The notes: generated by a model not told the origin, from the sequence alone. 64,000 nt of DNA from Nanobdellota archaeon (GCA_030648285.1 JAUSIC010000011.1:1513-65512), one strand, 5' to 3'; shown: positions 21,829 through 32,074, numbered from the stretch's first letter. A program made the numbers and translations.

Positions 21829-22150
21829 GTAAGTCGGGAATAGGCCACCTTCTGTCGTTCTCAGTCTGCTTTCGCAGTCTGACAGAACGTGTTGACATTC
21901 CACTATGCAGCATAAAGCCTTGCACCAGTCAAGACGGCTGTTTCATCAAATCTCGTCTCTCAAAGTTCCAACCATGTCTTCATTACTCAAGACGAGCTGT
22001 GTCATTTCTGTTCCGGAGCTTTACCTCACGGCAATTTGCATTTCTACAAATGACTTATATTATGGTGGGCGGACCTTCCTCAGAACTAAAATCTATATTT
22101 CGATTTTTGATAACTTAATATCTAGTCCCGAAGTCAACTACCCGACTTAC
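21829..22150 (-). ncRNA. rnpB: RNase P RNA
   Basis: P1 termini GTAAGTCGGG/CCCGACTTAC, with conserved GAGGAAGGTCC, ACAGAAA, GAAAC, GTGCAAG and ACAGAAGGTGGCCTA. Confidence 0.92.
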
Positions 22151-22241
22151 AAAATATCAACAAAGAATGAGTTTTTAAGGCTTTTCTTTTGACAAAACTT
22201 TTATAAATCACTCTTAGTTAATATTACTATAAAAAGAGAAA

Positions 22242-22298
22242 ATGAAAAATAGGAAATTTTCCATAAATACAAAATTGGCTTGGAGGTATTTTGCATAA
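22242..22298 (+). repeat. ATG-TAA leader repeat copy A (uORF MKNRKFSINTKLAWRYFA)
   Basis: ...AAATACAAAATTGGC..GGAGGTATTTTGCATAA-AG-ATG. Confidence 0.8.
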
Positions 22299-22300
22299 AG

Positions 22301-22600
22301 ATGGAAAAAGAAAAGAGGCAGAGAAATCCAGAAGCTTTAGGAATAGCTGGTTTCACGTTGGGAGTAATGAGCTTGGTGATGATGTTAGTCTCGCCACCAA
22401 TTGCAGGAATCTTGACTGCCATAGTAGGAACTGTATTATGCCTTGCCCAACAGAAAAAACACAAAACAAGAACAGCAAAAACAGGATTAATACTTAATGT
22501 ATTAGGAGTAGTCTTGAACGCTGTATGGTGGGTTTTATTAATCAAGATAATTTATCCTTTCATACAAGAAAGATTGGGAAGCGTATTCCCTTCAGCATAA
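22301..22600 (+). CDS. DUF4190-like membrane protein
   Basis: 'ALGIAGFTLGV..TAKTGLILNVLG', 3 TM helices. Confidence 0.6.
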   Translation: MEKEKRQRNPEALGIAGFTLGVMSLVMMLVSPPIAGILTAIVGTVLCLAQQKKHKTRTAKTGLILNVLGVVLNAVWWVLLIKIIYPFIQERLGSVFPSA

Positions 22601-22601
22601 A

Positions 22602-23168
22602 ATGACAAACAAAAAAAGAGGAGCAATGGAAATGTCAATGGGAACAATTGTAACAATTGTTCTTTCAATCAGTCTTTTAGTTGTTGGAATATTTTTCATA
22701 AGCCAAATTGGCAAGGTTTCAAAAGGAGTAATTGATTTGACAGAAGAGCAGTTGAGAGACCAGATTAACAAATTATTCTCAGAAGAAAGCAAATTAGCTG
22801 TTTATCCTGGAACAAGGTTTGTTGAAATAAAACAAGAAACAACAGACGGAGCTGGTTTTGGTATAAGAAATTTATTAACAGGACAAGCAGGAACAAAAAC
22901 TTTTTCTTATGAGGTTGTTGTTGCAGATTCAGATGCTGATTTGAATACAAAATGTGGAATTAACAAACAAATAGCATTGGGCTGGATTGTTACAGGAAAA
23001 TCAGAAACAAGCATTCCTATTGCTTCTGGAGATTATTCTGTTCAAAAGGTTTTGTTTGAAATTCCTGTTGGTTCTCCTCTTTGCACAATAAGATACAGAG
23101 TTAATGTAAAAGCAGATACATCTGCTTATGCAACAGATTTCTTTGATGTGAAGATTAAGGCGAAGTAA
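22602..23168 (+). CDS. class III signal-peptide (pilin-like) protein
   Basis: 'KKRG|AMEMSMGTIVTIVL' followed by hydrophobic helix. Confidence 0.65.
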   Translation: MTNKKRGAMEMSMGTIVTIVLSISLLVVGIFFISQIGKVSKGVIDLTEEQLRDQINKLFSEESKLAVYPGTRFVEIKQETTDGAGFGIRNLLTGQAGTKTFSYEVVVADSDADLNTKCGINKQIALGWIVTGKSETSIPIASGDYSVQKVLFEIPVGSPLCTIRYRVNVKADTSAYATDFFDVKIKAK

Positions 23169-23184
23169 TTTTTGAAAGGAAAGA

Positions 23185-23230
23185 TTAATTAATAATTGAA
23201 GTCTGTTGTCGATGTTATTAAGTTGATTAA
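23185..23230 (+). repeat. intergenic repeat family arm (TTGAAGTCTGTTGTCG type)
   Basis: TTAATTAATAATTGAAGTCTGTTGTCG. Confidence 0.7.
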
Positions 23231-23266
23231 CCTAATATTTAAAAATTCCTTACACCTATCTAAATC

Positions 23267-24628
23267 ATGGCACTTAAACTCTATAATACATTAACAAGAA
23301 AGGAACAGAAATTTAATCCTATACAGAAAGATTTAGTTAAAATGTACATCTGCGGACCTACAATTTATGATTATGCACACATTGGAAATTTAAGAGCATA
23401 TCTATTTGGAGATATCTTGAGAAGATTTTTGAAATTCTCTGGTTATAGAGTAAAAGAAGTCATGAACCTGACTGATGTTGATGACAAGACAATAAGAGGA
23501 AGCAAAAAAGCAGGAGAAAGCTTGAGAAAATTTACAGACAAATATGAAAAAGTATTTCTTGAGGACATAAAAGAAATAAATATTGAAAAACCAGAAGTAA
23601 TGCCAAGAGCAACAGAACACATAAAAGAAATGGTGGCTCTTATTAAAAAACTTCTTAACAAGGGAATTGCATACAAGGCAAATGACGGAATTTATTTTTC
23701 AATAAAGAAATTCAAAGATTATGGAAAACTCTCTGGAGTAAAAGTTGAAGAATTAAAGATAGGAGCAAGCGAGAGAGTAAAAAAAGATGAATATGACAAG
23801 GAAAATGCAAATGATTTTGTTCTTTGGAAATTTTATGACCAAGAAGATGGAGATGTTTTTTGGGAAACAGAGATTGGAAAAGGACGCCCTGGTTGGCATA
23901 TTGAATGTTCTGCAATGTCGATGAAATATCTTGGAGAAAGCTTTGACATTCATCTTGGTGGAACAGATTTGGTTTTTCCTCACCACGAGAATGAAATTGC
24001 ACAAAGCGAAGCAGCAACAGGAAAGCCATTTGTAAGATTCTGGCTTCATAACGAATGGATTTTAGTTGATGGAAAAAAAATGTCAAAATCCTTGGGAAAT
24101 TTTTACAAATTAAAAGACATAATAGACAAGGGATATTCTGCAATGGACCTGAGATATTTTTATTTGTCAAAGATTTACAGACAACAGTTGAATTTCACAT
24201 GGGAAAACCTGGAAAATGCAAAAAATTCTCTTGAAAGACTGAAAAATATTCTTTCAAACCTTGATAAAAGCAAAAAGATAAACAAGAAAAGTGTTGATGT
24301 TGCATTGAAGCAGTTTTCAGAAATAATGAATGATGATTTGAATTCTGCAAAAGCACTTTCATTCTTGTGGGATGTTTTGAGAGACAGCAGATTAAATGAT
24401 AGTGAAAAATATGAAATTGCTATTGAACTTGACAAGGTATTTGGATTAAAGCTTGGAGAAGAAGAGAAGATTGAAGTTCCAAAAGAAGTTGAAAGATTAG
24501 TCAAAGAAAGGGAAAAAGCAAGAAAAGAAAAGAACTGGAAAAAGTCAGATGAATTAAGAGAGAAGATTAAAAAACTTGGTTATGCTATTAGTGATACAGA
24601 AGAAGGAAGCAAGATAAATAAACTATAA
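23267..24628 (+). CDS. cysS: cysteine--tRNA ligase
   Basis: 'CGPTIYD.AHIGN', 'GRPGWHIECSAM', 'FPHHENE', 'KMSKS'. Confidence 0.97.
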   Translation: MALKLYNTLTRKEQKFNPIQKDLVKMYICGPTIYDYAHIGNLRAYLFGDILRRFLKFSGYRVKEVMNLTDVDDKTIRGSKKAGESLRKFTDKYEKVFLEDIKEINIEKPEVMPRATEHIKEMVALIKKLLNKGIAYKANDGIYFSIKKFKDYGKLSGVKVEELKIGASERVKKDEYDKENANDFVLWKFYDQEDGDVFWETEIGKGRPGWHIECSAMSMKYLGESFDIHLGGTDLVFPHHENEIAQSEAATGKPFVRFWLHNEWILVDGKKMSKSLGNFYKLKDIIDKGYSAMDLRYFYLSKIYRQQLNFTWENLENAKNSLERLKNILSNLDKSKKINKKSVDVALKQFSEIMNDDLNSAKALSFLWDVLRDSRLNDSEKYEIAIELDKVFGLKLGEEEKIEVPKEVERLVKEREKARKEKNWKKSDELREKIKKLGYAISDTEEGSKINKL

Positions 24629-24629
24629 T

Positions 24630-25079
24630 ATGGAAAAAAACGAGAGATTCTTTGAATTTAACAAAGAAATAGTCTTTGGAGAGATTGGAGCAATTTTAGG
24701 TTCTTCTTTAGGAGCATATTTATCTTTTTTAATCTCGGGGAATGAAAAATTAATTCCTACATTTACAGTAGTTGGTTCAATAATCGGAAGCACAACTTTA
24801 TATTTATCCACAAAAATATATCACAAAATAAAAAGAAAAGAATTATCTTTGAAAAATATATTTCATGATTTAAAATTTTACACCCCTGTTGCAGCACCCT
24901 TGAGAATTTTTTTGGGTTATCCTATCTTGTATTTCCTTACAAGATATTTTGTAAGAAACACTAACATGGGGGCTTTTTATGCAGGAGCATTAGGAGAATT
25001 CTTGTCCTTTTTGGTTTTCTTATTTCTAATAAACATGTATAGAATTATTCTTTTTCGTTTTTTCAAGAAAAGAATCTGA
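24630..25079 (+). CDS. membrane protein
   Basis: 4 hydrophobic helices, coupled to cysS stop. Confidence 0.6.
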   Translation: MEKNERFFEFNKEIVFGEIGAILGSSLGAYLSFLISGNEKLIPTFTVVGSIIGSTTLYLSTKIYHKIKRKELSLKNIFHDLKFYTPVAAPLRIFLGYPILYFLTRYFVRNTNMGAFYAGALGEFLSFLVFLFLINMYRIILFRFFKKRI

Positions 25080-25118
25080 TAAAGAAAAGATTATAAACTG
25101 TTTTTTAATTGGAAAAGA

Positions 25119-25541
25119 ATGGTAACAGATTATGAAAAACGTATAGAAGAAGACATAAACCAAATAAAGAGACAGTTTGAGGGAGGAGTTTCAGGAACAA
25201 AACGGTTTCAGATAGATGTTTCTGGAACAATCGGAAGAGTTCTCTATAGTTTTGTATCTTACTGGAAAAATCCTAAAAAAGAAGACAAAGGAAAATTAAT
25301 TCCAGTAGAATTTCACAATGTGATTCGTGGACTTGAAGCATATCTCCTTCAGAAGATAAGGGAAGTAGCAACACTAGAAAACACTTTTAAGAGTGGTGGT
25401 GAAATATGCAGAATAATAACAGAAGGAGATAAAAGAAAAATAGCAAAATTAGAACAATATCTTCTTGAAATGACAGTAAAAAAACCAGAAGAAGGAATAA
25501 TCGAGTTATCTCTTAATGCACCTCAGAAAGAAAATATTTAA
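25119..25541 (+). CDS. hypothetical protein
   Basis: 140-aa ORF with own TATA. Confidence 0.55.
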   Translation: MVTDYEKRIEEDINQIKRQFEGGVSGTKRFQIDVSGTIGRVLYSFVSYWKNPKKEDKGKLIPVEFHNVIRGLEAYLLQKIREVATLENTFKSGGEICRIITEGDKRKIAKLEQYLLEMTVKKPEEGIIELSLNAPQKENI

Positions 25542-25576
25542 ATCCTGTTCTACTTGATAGAATTAGGTGAAAAGAG

Positions 25577-25695
25577 ATGACAGAAACAGAAGTTTCAGCA
25601 CAAATACAAAATTGGCATGGAGTGAATTGAAACGAACAGGAAGTTCATTTCACGCTATTTTTCAAAAAGAAAAATATCAGAGGTATTTTGCATAA
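25577..25695 (+). repeat. ATG-TAA leader repeat copy B with ~60-nt structured insert
   Basis: ATGACAGAA..TTCAGCACAAATACAAAATTGGCA [insert 25618-25677] CAGAGGTATTTTGCATAATG. Confidence 0.8.
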
Positions 25696-26216
25696 TGGTA
25701 AAAAATAAATCCGCACAAATGAAAATACAACAAATGGCTTTCATGCTAATGGCTATTACATTATTTTTTGTTTTGGTGGGAATTTTTGTGTTGGTAATAA
25801 GGTTTTCAGGACTAAAAGAAGATTCTCAGACTCTTGAACAAGAAAATGCCATGCTATTAGTATCAAAACTTGCTAATTCAGGTGAATTTTCCTGTGAAAA
25901 TGCTTTTGGAACATTGTCCAACTGCATTGATGCTGATAAGGTAATCGCATTAAGCAGCAGAGAAGAATATGAAAGATTTTTTGGTGTTGCCAAGATAGAA
26001 ATAAGAAAAATTTACCCTGATAATGGAAACACACTTTGCAATGAAGAAAATTATCAAACATGCGGAGTTATAAGAGTACTAGATAGAAATGTAAAAACCC
26101 TTCCTTCTTCATCTAATTTTGTCTCTTTGTGCAGAAGAGAGATAGATAGTACTGGAATAGGATATGATAAATGTGAAATGGCGAAATTAATTGTTACAGG
26201 AGAAGATAAAACATGA
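25695..26216 (+). CDS. class III signal-peptide-like surface protein
   Basis: 'KNKSA|QMKIQQMAFML' plus TM, Cys-rich ectodomain. Confidence 0.6.
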   Translation: MVKNKSAQMKIQQMAFMLMAITLFFVLVGIFVLVIRFSGLKEDSQTLEQENAMLLVSKLANSGEFSCENAFGTLSNCIDADKVIALSSREEYERFFGVAKIEIRKIYPDNGNTLCNEENYQTCGVIRVLDRNVKTLPSSSNFVSLCRREIDSTGIGYDKCEMAKLIVTGEDKT

Positions 26217-26695
26217 AAAGGAAGATTAAAGGACAAGAAGAAATAGTAGGGTTTGCACTAATAATCATAATTGTGGCAGTTATCCTGCTGGTTATTTTAG
26301 GATTATCGCTTGGAGGAAAAGGAAAAGAAGCTGTTCAGAGTTATGAAGTTGGAAGTTTTATACAAACTACTTTACAATATACTAGTGATTGTTATAATGG
26401 GATTGAATATTTACCCATACTAAAATTAATTTTTGAATGTGAAAATGAAAATTCCTGTGATGATGAAAGAAATACCTGTGATGTTTTGAATTCCACATTA
26501 AGGGAGATTAGTGAAAAAAGCTGGAAAGTTGGGGAACAAGCCCCTATAAAAGGCTATAAAATAAGAATCGTAACAGAAGAAAGAGAAGTCTTGCTGATTA
26601 AACAAGGAAATGAGACAAAAAGTTACAAGAGCTCGATGCAGAGTTTTTCAAGGCAAGGAATAGACTATGACATGAGTTTTAGTGTGTATTACTGA
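26213..26695 (+). CDS. class III signal-peptide-like surface protein
   Basis: 'KIKG|QEEIVGFALIII' plus TM. Confidence 0.6.
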   Translation: MKRKIKGQEEIVGFALIIIIVAVILLVILGLSLGGKGKEAVQSYEVGSFIQTTLQYTSDCYNGIEYLPILKLIFECENENSCDDERNTCDVLNSTLREISEKSWKVGEQAPIKGYKIRIVTEEREVLLIKQGNETKSYKSSMQSFSRQGIDYDMSFSVYY

Positions 26696-26852
26696 AAGGA
26701 AGGGAATTTCGCATCAGACTTCGTCATGATGCTTTACTAAAAAATAATTAATGTGTAATAACTTGGATGTAGATTAAGTTAAACAAACGGATTTAGATTA
26801 ACATTTTATCCATTTTCGAGCGATAGCGAGAAGTATTATGACTCAAAAAAGG

Positions 26853-27200
26853 TTAAACTTTCAAACGTATAATTATATTATCCACAATTACTTCTGGCCT
26901 TAGTCTTGAACGTCCCTTTGTTTTTTCTTGAATTAAATCAATAAAACCAAACCTTTTTAGGAGCTTTACATCATCATTGACAGACTTAAAGCCACGATTG
27001 AGAATCTTTGAAAGCTCATATATTGACTTGGGTTTTTGAGTCTTTATGACATGGATAATCCTTGCTTTTTCATTGCTTAAAAGCTGTCTTAAAGCTAAAA
27101 CTCCTGAGAAGTCATAAGCTTCTTTAGAGGACTCTTGCTTTTTGAATATAGAGAATGCTCCCTTTGATTGAGTTATAGTTATTTCCCTTGTTTTAGTCAT
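26853..27200 (-). CDS. winged-HTH transcriptional regulator
   Basis: 'PKSIYELSKILNRGFKSVNDDVKLLKRFGFIDL'. Confidence 0.8.
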   Translation of the reverse strand: MTKTREITITQSKGAFSIFKKQESSKEAYDFSGVLALRQLLSNEKARIIHVIKTQKPKSIYELSKILNRGFKSVNDDVKLLKRFGFIDLIQEKTKGRSRLRPEVIVDNIIIRLKV

Positions 27201-27419
27201 TTTTCATATATATGTTATTTCTTGATATATAATATTTTTAATTACCATATATTAATAAATGTTTAGTTTGAGGCTTTCTGACTAATGCCCTAAATATGTA
27301 GTAAATGATAGTAACAACGCAGTATTTATAAATAAAATACAGGAAAGAGGGGGGTTTTGGGGGTAAATAGTAAAAAGGGTGGGTAAGGTTTTTAAAGGAA
27401 AAGCGATTTTAGGTAATAC

Positions 27420-27550
27420 TAACGCCTCAGGCATGAGGTGTCTACATGGGGGATATATTCAAACGACTAAAAGCTAACCCTATGGCTTTTGGACGGGAGA
27501 CAGTTGTCGTAGGCAACATGCTTATACAGGTGAAAGGAGGTTAATGAGAG
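27420..27550 (+). promoter_or_regulatory. structured 5' leader of S-layer gene
   Basis: TATA at ~27388, then GC-richer hairpins (GCCTCA/TGAGGT, AAAGC/GCTTT, GTTGTC/GGCAAC) and SD AGGTGA/GGAGG. Confidence 0.55.
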
Positions 27551-30052
27551 ATGAAACAAATTTTTAAAAAGATTTCAGCAATCGCTGCAAGCGCATTAAT
27601 GATGGGTATGTCTTTGGGTGTCGCTGCTGCTGCAAATTATCCTAGCCCATTTACGGCAGGAGATACAGCAATAGTTTATGGTAGTGGAACAGGTGTTTCA
27701 CAACTAGATTCTGTTAGTGCGGCAAATATCCAAGCAGATTTATCTGTAAAAGTTGGTACTGGAACTGGTACAGGAGGCGGAAGCGTTACTGGTGGAGATA
27801 GTGTATTACTTGCAAAGTCAAGTGATAAGCTTAACATCAATAACACTTGGTCTGTTTTCTCTGGAACAGTAACAAAGGACAACTTGAAGACTTTGCTTAA
27901 AGATGGAACATATGCTGCTAGTGATAATGATGAGTTTGATTACGAACAAAAAATCGCACTTGGAACTCCTGAATTAAAACATTTCAGAGATTCTGATTAC
28001 GAGAGCCTTGTTGGTTTAACAGCAAAGACTCCTGTTGTGGGATTTAGATTAACATCAAACACACCTGTCTTAAATTATACACTTGACTTCTTAACAGATG
28101 TAACAAGTGATGTAGTTAGTAGCAGAATGGATGACATTGAGGGAAGTGATATTCCTTTAATGGGAAGAACATACTATGTTTCAGAATTGCAAAATGGCTC
28201 AAGCACAACTAGCTTTGGTAAGCTTGTTCTATTAGATGCTGCAACTGTCGGAAGCGTCAAGGAAGGAGAAACCGCGACTGTTGCCGGACACACAGTTAGC
28301 ATTGACTGGATTGACCCAGATGAAGTAGTTTTCATGGTTGATTCAATAAGAGCTCCTGCAAGCGGAAAACTTGTTAAAGGAAATTCTTACAAATTAGCAG
28401 ATGGCTCTTATATTGGTGTTAGGGATATCTCTTCAAAGGATGTTTCTGGAACTGTTGGTAGTGCATCATTCAGCATGGGTACAGGAAAATTGGAATTACC
28501 AAGTTTCGGTGCTGATATAAAAATGAATGATGAAACAATTACTAACCTAAAAGGTTGGGTATACAAATCAACAGGAGACAAGCTAGATAAAATTGTTATA
28601 GAATGGAAGACAGATGGTGAAGATTATCTTTCACCTACAGAAGAACTTAAAATGCCTGGTTTTGATGCACTTAAGTTCACTATGAACAATTTAGTAAGAA
28701 ACCCTGAAGAAAAAATAATAGTTGAGAAAGATGGAGATACAGCTATAGAACTAACTTTACCTATTAAAAGAGGTGAAGTTGCTGTAGACATACTATACTC
28801 TAACGCAAGTGGAGAATTCGCAGGAGTAGGAAAATCTGCTACAGAAAGATTGGCAACAACAAACTCTTCTACTATTAGGTTCTTTGAAAGACAAAATGGT
28901 GCTGATTACCATAAGTATTTCTTTGCAACTTATAATGTTAGTAAAGAAGGGCAATCTTATTTGTTGAGAGCACAAGTTTCAGGAGATGTAACTGCTGGTA
29001 GAAATGAAACAACTATTCAGAGTTATGAAAATGGTGCATGGGTTGATGCTTGTGTCGAAAAAGCAAACGGAGACACATGTAACATTGGTGATGTAACCTT
29101 AACAATGGGTACAATCAATTATACCTCTGGAGGAGATGAAAGTGTAAATATTACTGCCGGAACAAACGTTAATTTCAGAAGTGTAATTACTCCGGGAGGA
29201 TTGGTAGTTTACTTACCTTTCGGTAATGCTTCTCTTGATTTGGGTAGCACAGGTGGACCAGTAAATGGATCTACTGTTGTGGGTGCTCTTGATTTAGGAG
29301 TTCTTGCAGAATCTGTAAATGTCGCTGGACACAGTTTTGATTCATTCTACCTTACTTTTAATAGTGAGGATAAAGATGAAACTCTGGGTACTGGTAAAGC
29401 ATTTAGCCTTACTATAAATGACAACACAGATAACAACTTGCAGGTTCAACATGTAAATACTACAGGAGGTAATGATGCTGGTTCAGGTTCAGGTGGACTT
29501 GATGGCTTAGAAATAGGCGATACAAGTACATATGAAGCATATGTGAAATCAGATGTTGCCCCTAGAATATTGCATTACACACAACCTGATGAAGATTGGG
29601 CTGAATTGTACTATCCAACTAATTCCCCAACAGGAAGTTCTGAAACTTATGGAGAAGTATTCTTAGCTGAAGCTGGAGCTATATTAGTTCCAGGAACAGG
29701 AGGACAACTTGGCTTAGTTCTTGTAAAAGATACAGAAGTAAGTACAGTAAGTTCAAAGAATTTAATTGTTGTTGGTGGAAGTTGTATTAACTCAGTTGCT
29801 GCAAATCTTGTAGGTGGTGCTTATTGTGGAAATGCTTGGACTGAAAAGACAGGTGTTGGAACAGGACAATTCTTAATCAAGAGTTATTCTGGAAAATACA
29901 CTGCTGGAAAGATTGCTTTGTTAGTTGCAGGTTATGAAGCTGCAGATACTACTGCTGCTACTACTGCTTTAATAAACAAAGTAATTGATACAAGCAAAGA
30001 GTACAGAGGTACAACAAGCACAACAACTGTTACAGAAGTAACTGCTGCTTAA
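27551..30052 (+). CDS. major S-layer protein
   Basis: Signal peptide, N-terminal 'NYPSPF..IVYG..D..SA..I' and C-terminal 'NLIVVGGSCINSVAA..LVAGYEAADT' S-layer domain. Confidence 0.88.
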   Translation: MKQIFKKISAIAASALMMGMSLGVAAAANYPSPFTAGDTAIVYGSGTGVSQLDSVSAANIQADLSVKVGTGTGTGGGSVTGGDSVLLAKSSDKLNINNTWSVFSGTVTKDNLKTLLKDGTYAASDNDEFDYEQKIALGTPELKHFRDSDYESLVGLTAKTPVVGFRLTSNTPVLNYTLDFLTDVTSDVVSSRMDDIEGSDIPLMGRTYYVSELQNGSSTTSFGKLVLLDAATVGSVKEGETATVAGHTVSIDWIDPDEVVFMVDSIRAPASGKLVKGNSYKLADGSYIGVRDISSKDVSGTVGSASFSMGTGKLELPSFGADIKMNDETITNLKGWVYKSTGDKLDKIVIEWKTDGEDYLSPTEELKMPGFDALKFTMNNLVRNPEEKIIVEKDGDTAIELTLPIKRGEVAVDILYSNASGEFAGVGKSATERLATTNSSTIRFFERQNGADYHKYFFATYNVSKEGQSYLLRAQVSGDVTAGRNETTIQSYENGAWVDACVEKANGDTCNIGDVTLTMGTINYTSGGDESVNITAGTNVNFRSVITPGGLVVYLPFGNASLDLGSTGGPVNGSTVVGALDLGVLAESVNVAGHSFDSFYLTFNSEDKDETLGTGKAFSLTINDNTDNNLQVQHVNTTGGNDAGSGSGGLDGLEIGDTSTYEAYVKSDVAPRILHYTQPDEDWAELYYPTNSPTGSSETYGEVFLAEAGAILVPGTGGQLGLVLVKDTEVSTVSSKNLIVVGGSCINSVAANLVGGAYCGNAWTEKTGVGTGQFLIKSYSGKYTAGKIALLVAGYEAADTTAATTALINKVIDTSKEYRGTTSTTTVTEVTAA

Positions 30053-30057
30053 ACATA

Positions 30058-30089
30058 ATTTTTATTTTTTTCTTTTTTTTTCTTTTTTT
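30058..30089 (+). terminator. oligo-T archaeal terminator
   Basis: Long T tracts immediately after the S-layer stop. Confidence 0.6.
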
Positions 30090-30129
30090 AACTTCCTGAC
30101 GAAGGTTTCGTGGGTTATTGGGGGGAGGG

Positions 30130-30215
30130 TTAATAGAAAAATTGAAGTCTTTTGTAATTGATTTAAAATTAACAACGTCGTTTTTGATTAATTATATATA
30201 AATCTTACGAAGCAA
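30130..30215 (+). repeat. intergenic repeat family copy
   Basis: TTAATAGAAAAATTGAAGTCTTTTGT ... ACGAAGC. Confidence 0.65.
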
Positions 30216-30260
30216 CTATTATATCCAAACCTATAAAAATACAAATTTATTTTATTAAAC

Positions 30261-30833
30261 ATGCGAAAGATAGTTTCAAGAGAAACAGAGGCAAAAAAGA
30301 GGAAAAGAAACCAATTAATTATCGGGGGGATTTTGGTTGGAATCATGATATTAAGCACTGTCGGTTATGCTGTTAATAGAGAGAGCCCTTCAGGAGCAAA
30401 AAAGATAACTTACAAAGGAATTGAATTTGTTCAGCAAAATGGTTACTGGTTTGCAACAATTGGGGGTGTGCAATTTGCATTCAAATACAATCCCCAAGAA
30501 ACAGAAGAAATTAACGGATTTGCAACCATAAGAATCAATGATTATTCTGGAAAACCACTCTATATTTCTTCTGATAACCTGGATGCTGAAAATGAATTAT
30601 ATCAAAATCTTGATTCTATAATCCTTAGAAGGCAATCTGCCTGCTTGCAAGGACAAACCTGCAGTAACAAAGATTATCCTGTAAAAACCTGCGATGATAA
30701 TTTTATCATAATAAAAGAAGCAGGAAACACTTCAATAAGTCAGGAAAAAAATTGTGTTTTTATAGAAGGTAAAAAAGAGGATTCTGTCAAACTAATTGAT
30801 AAATTCTTGTATAAAACACTTGGTATTCAATAG
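30261..30833 (+). CDS. membrane-anchored hypothetical protein
   Basis: N-terminal TM 'IMILSTVGYA', 'ITYKGIEF..NGYW'. Confidence 0.65.
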   Translation: MRKIVSRETEAKKRKRNQLIIGGILVGIMILSTVGYAVNRESPSGAKKITYKGIEFVQQNGYWFATIGGVQFAFKYNPQETEEINGFATIRINDYSGKPLYISSDNLDAENELYQNLDSIILRRQSACLQGQTCSNKDYPVKTCDDNFIIIKEAGNTSISQEKNCVFIEGKKEDSVKLIDKFLYKTLGIQ

Positions 30834-30883
30834 AAATATTAAGGTATAACAATTTTTAAAAACATCAAAAAAGGAGTATAAAG

Positions 30884-31594
30884 ATGGATAGTGAAGAAAA
30901 AATTGAGGAAGAGAAAATAGATGAGGAAAAAGCAGAGGATAAGAATAAGCATAACAAAATTATCATTGGAGTTTTTATAGCAATAATCTTTGTTGCAGCT
31001 TTGTTTGTTGTTGTTCATCTAATTGTCAACTCAATGAACCAATTTACTTACAAAGGGGTGGAATTTGCAATTGACAAAACCACACTCGTAGGAAAAACAG
31101 TTTACAGGACTTCTATTCCTGTTGAAAGAAAAGATTCAATAACAGGAAAAATGATATCCAGTGCAGATTATAATTTTTGGCTGAGAAATGACCCAAGGCA
31201 ACTGGATAAAAAAGTTCCTGTCACAAATGGAAAATTAAACTTTGCCAAAAACATTGTTCTAGATTTAACAACAGACAAACTTTTTTGCGAAGGAGACTGG
31301 AATATTGGACTCCAGAATTCTCTAAACTTGTTTCATCTTCTTGGATTCAATGTATCTGTAAAGAATAACACCACTGAATATGGGTCTGCAAGTGAATTCA
31401 TGTTCATAACCATACAAATTGGAAATTCAACTAACATTGAAAAAAAATCTCCTGAAATGAACCTGGACAACAAGGGTGAAGTTCAGACAAAAGATGAAAA
31501 CTCGTATAATCTAAATGTAAATAATTGCGAGGTTATTCCTGCTTTTGAAAGATTAATGCTTGAAGCATTTGCCAGATATGCTGAGGTTGCTTAA
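30884..31594 (+). CDS. membrane-anchored hypothetical protein
   Basis: TM followed by 'FTYKGVEF', 'LRNDPR'. Distantly similar to the preceding gene. Confidence 0.65.
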   Translation: MDSEEKIEEEKIDEEKAEDKNKHNKIIIGVFIAIIFVAALFVVVHLIVNSMNQFTYKGVEFAIDKTTLVGKTVYRTSIPVERKDSITGKMISSADYNFWLRNDPRQLDKKVPVTNGKLNFAKNIVLDLTTDKLFCEGDWNIGLQNSLNLFHLLGFNVSVKNNTTEYGSASEFMFITIQIGNSTNIEKKSPEMNLDNKGEVQTKDENSYNLNVNNCEVIPAFERLMLEAFARYAEVA

Positions 31595-32074
31595 ATGGAT
31601 TTTAGGCTTCTTATAGGGATAATTCTATCTTTCCTTCCAATTAGTGAATTAAGAGGAGGGATTCCTTTTGCTATTCCTTATGCAATTGATCATCAAATCC
31701 CAATAATTATTGTTTTTTCTTTAATTGTTTTAGTAAATATACTGGGATTTTTCTTTGCATTTCTCTTCTTAGACAATGCTCATCATTTGTTCCTGAGAAA
31801 TAAATTTTATAACAAAATATTTGAAAAATATGCTCTGAAACTCCAGAAAAAAGCAGATAAATTTGAAAAAAGTTACAAGAATCTTGGATTTATAGCCTTG
31901 ATGATTTTTGTTGCTGTTCCATTGCCTGGAACAGGAGCATGGACAGGTGCCTTGATTTCCTGGTTTTTGGGATTAGACAGGAAGAAAAGTTTAGTTTATA
32001 TTTCTCTTGGAGTTTTAATAGCAGGGGTAATCATGCTTTTAGGAACTCTTGGAGTAATTAAGGTTTTTTCTTAG
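31595..32074 (+). CDS. small multi-drug export family protein
   Basis: 'PISELRGGIP' and 'FVAVPLPGTGAWTG'. Confidence 0.88.
   Translation: MDFRLLIGIILSFLPISELRGGIPFAIPYAIDHQIPIIIVFSLIVLVNILGFFFAFLFLDNAHHLFLRNKFYNKIFEKYALKLQKKADKFEKSYKNLGFIALMIFVAVPLPGTGAWTGALISWFLGLDRKKSLVYISLGVLIAGVIMLLGTLGVIKVFS

Noticed and set aside
21475-21925. N-terminal extension of TspO and the 91-aa ORF at 21650-21925
   Set aside because: They overlap tRNA-Phe, its duplicated end and RNase P RNA
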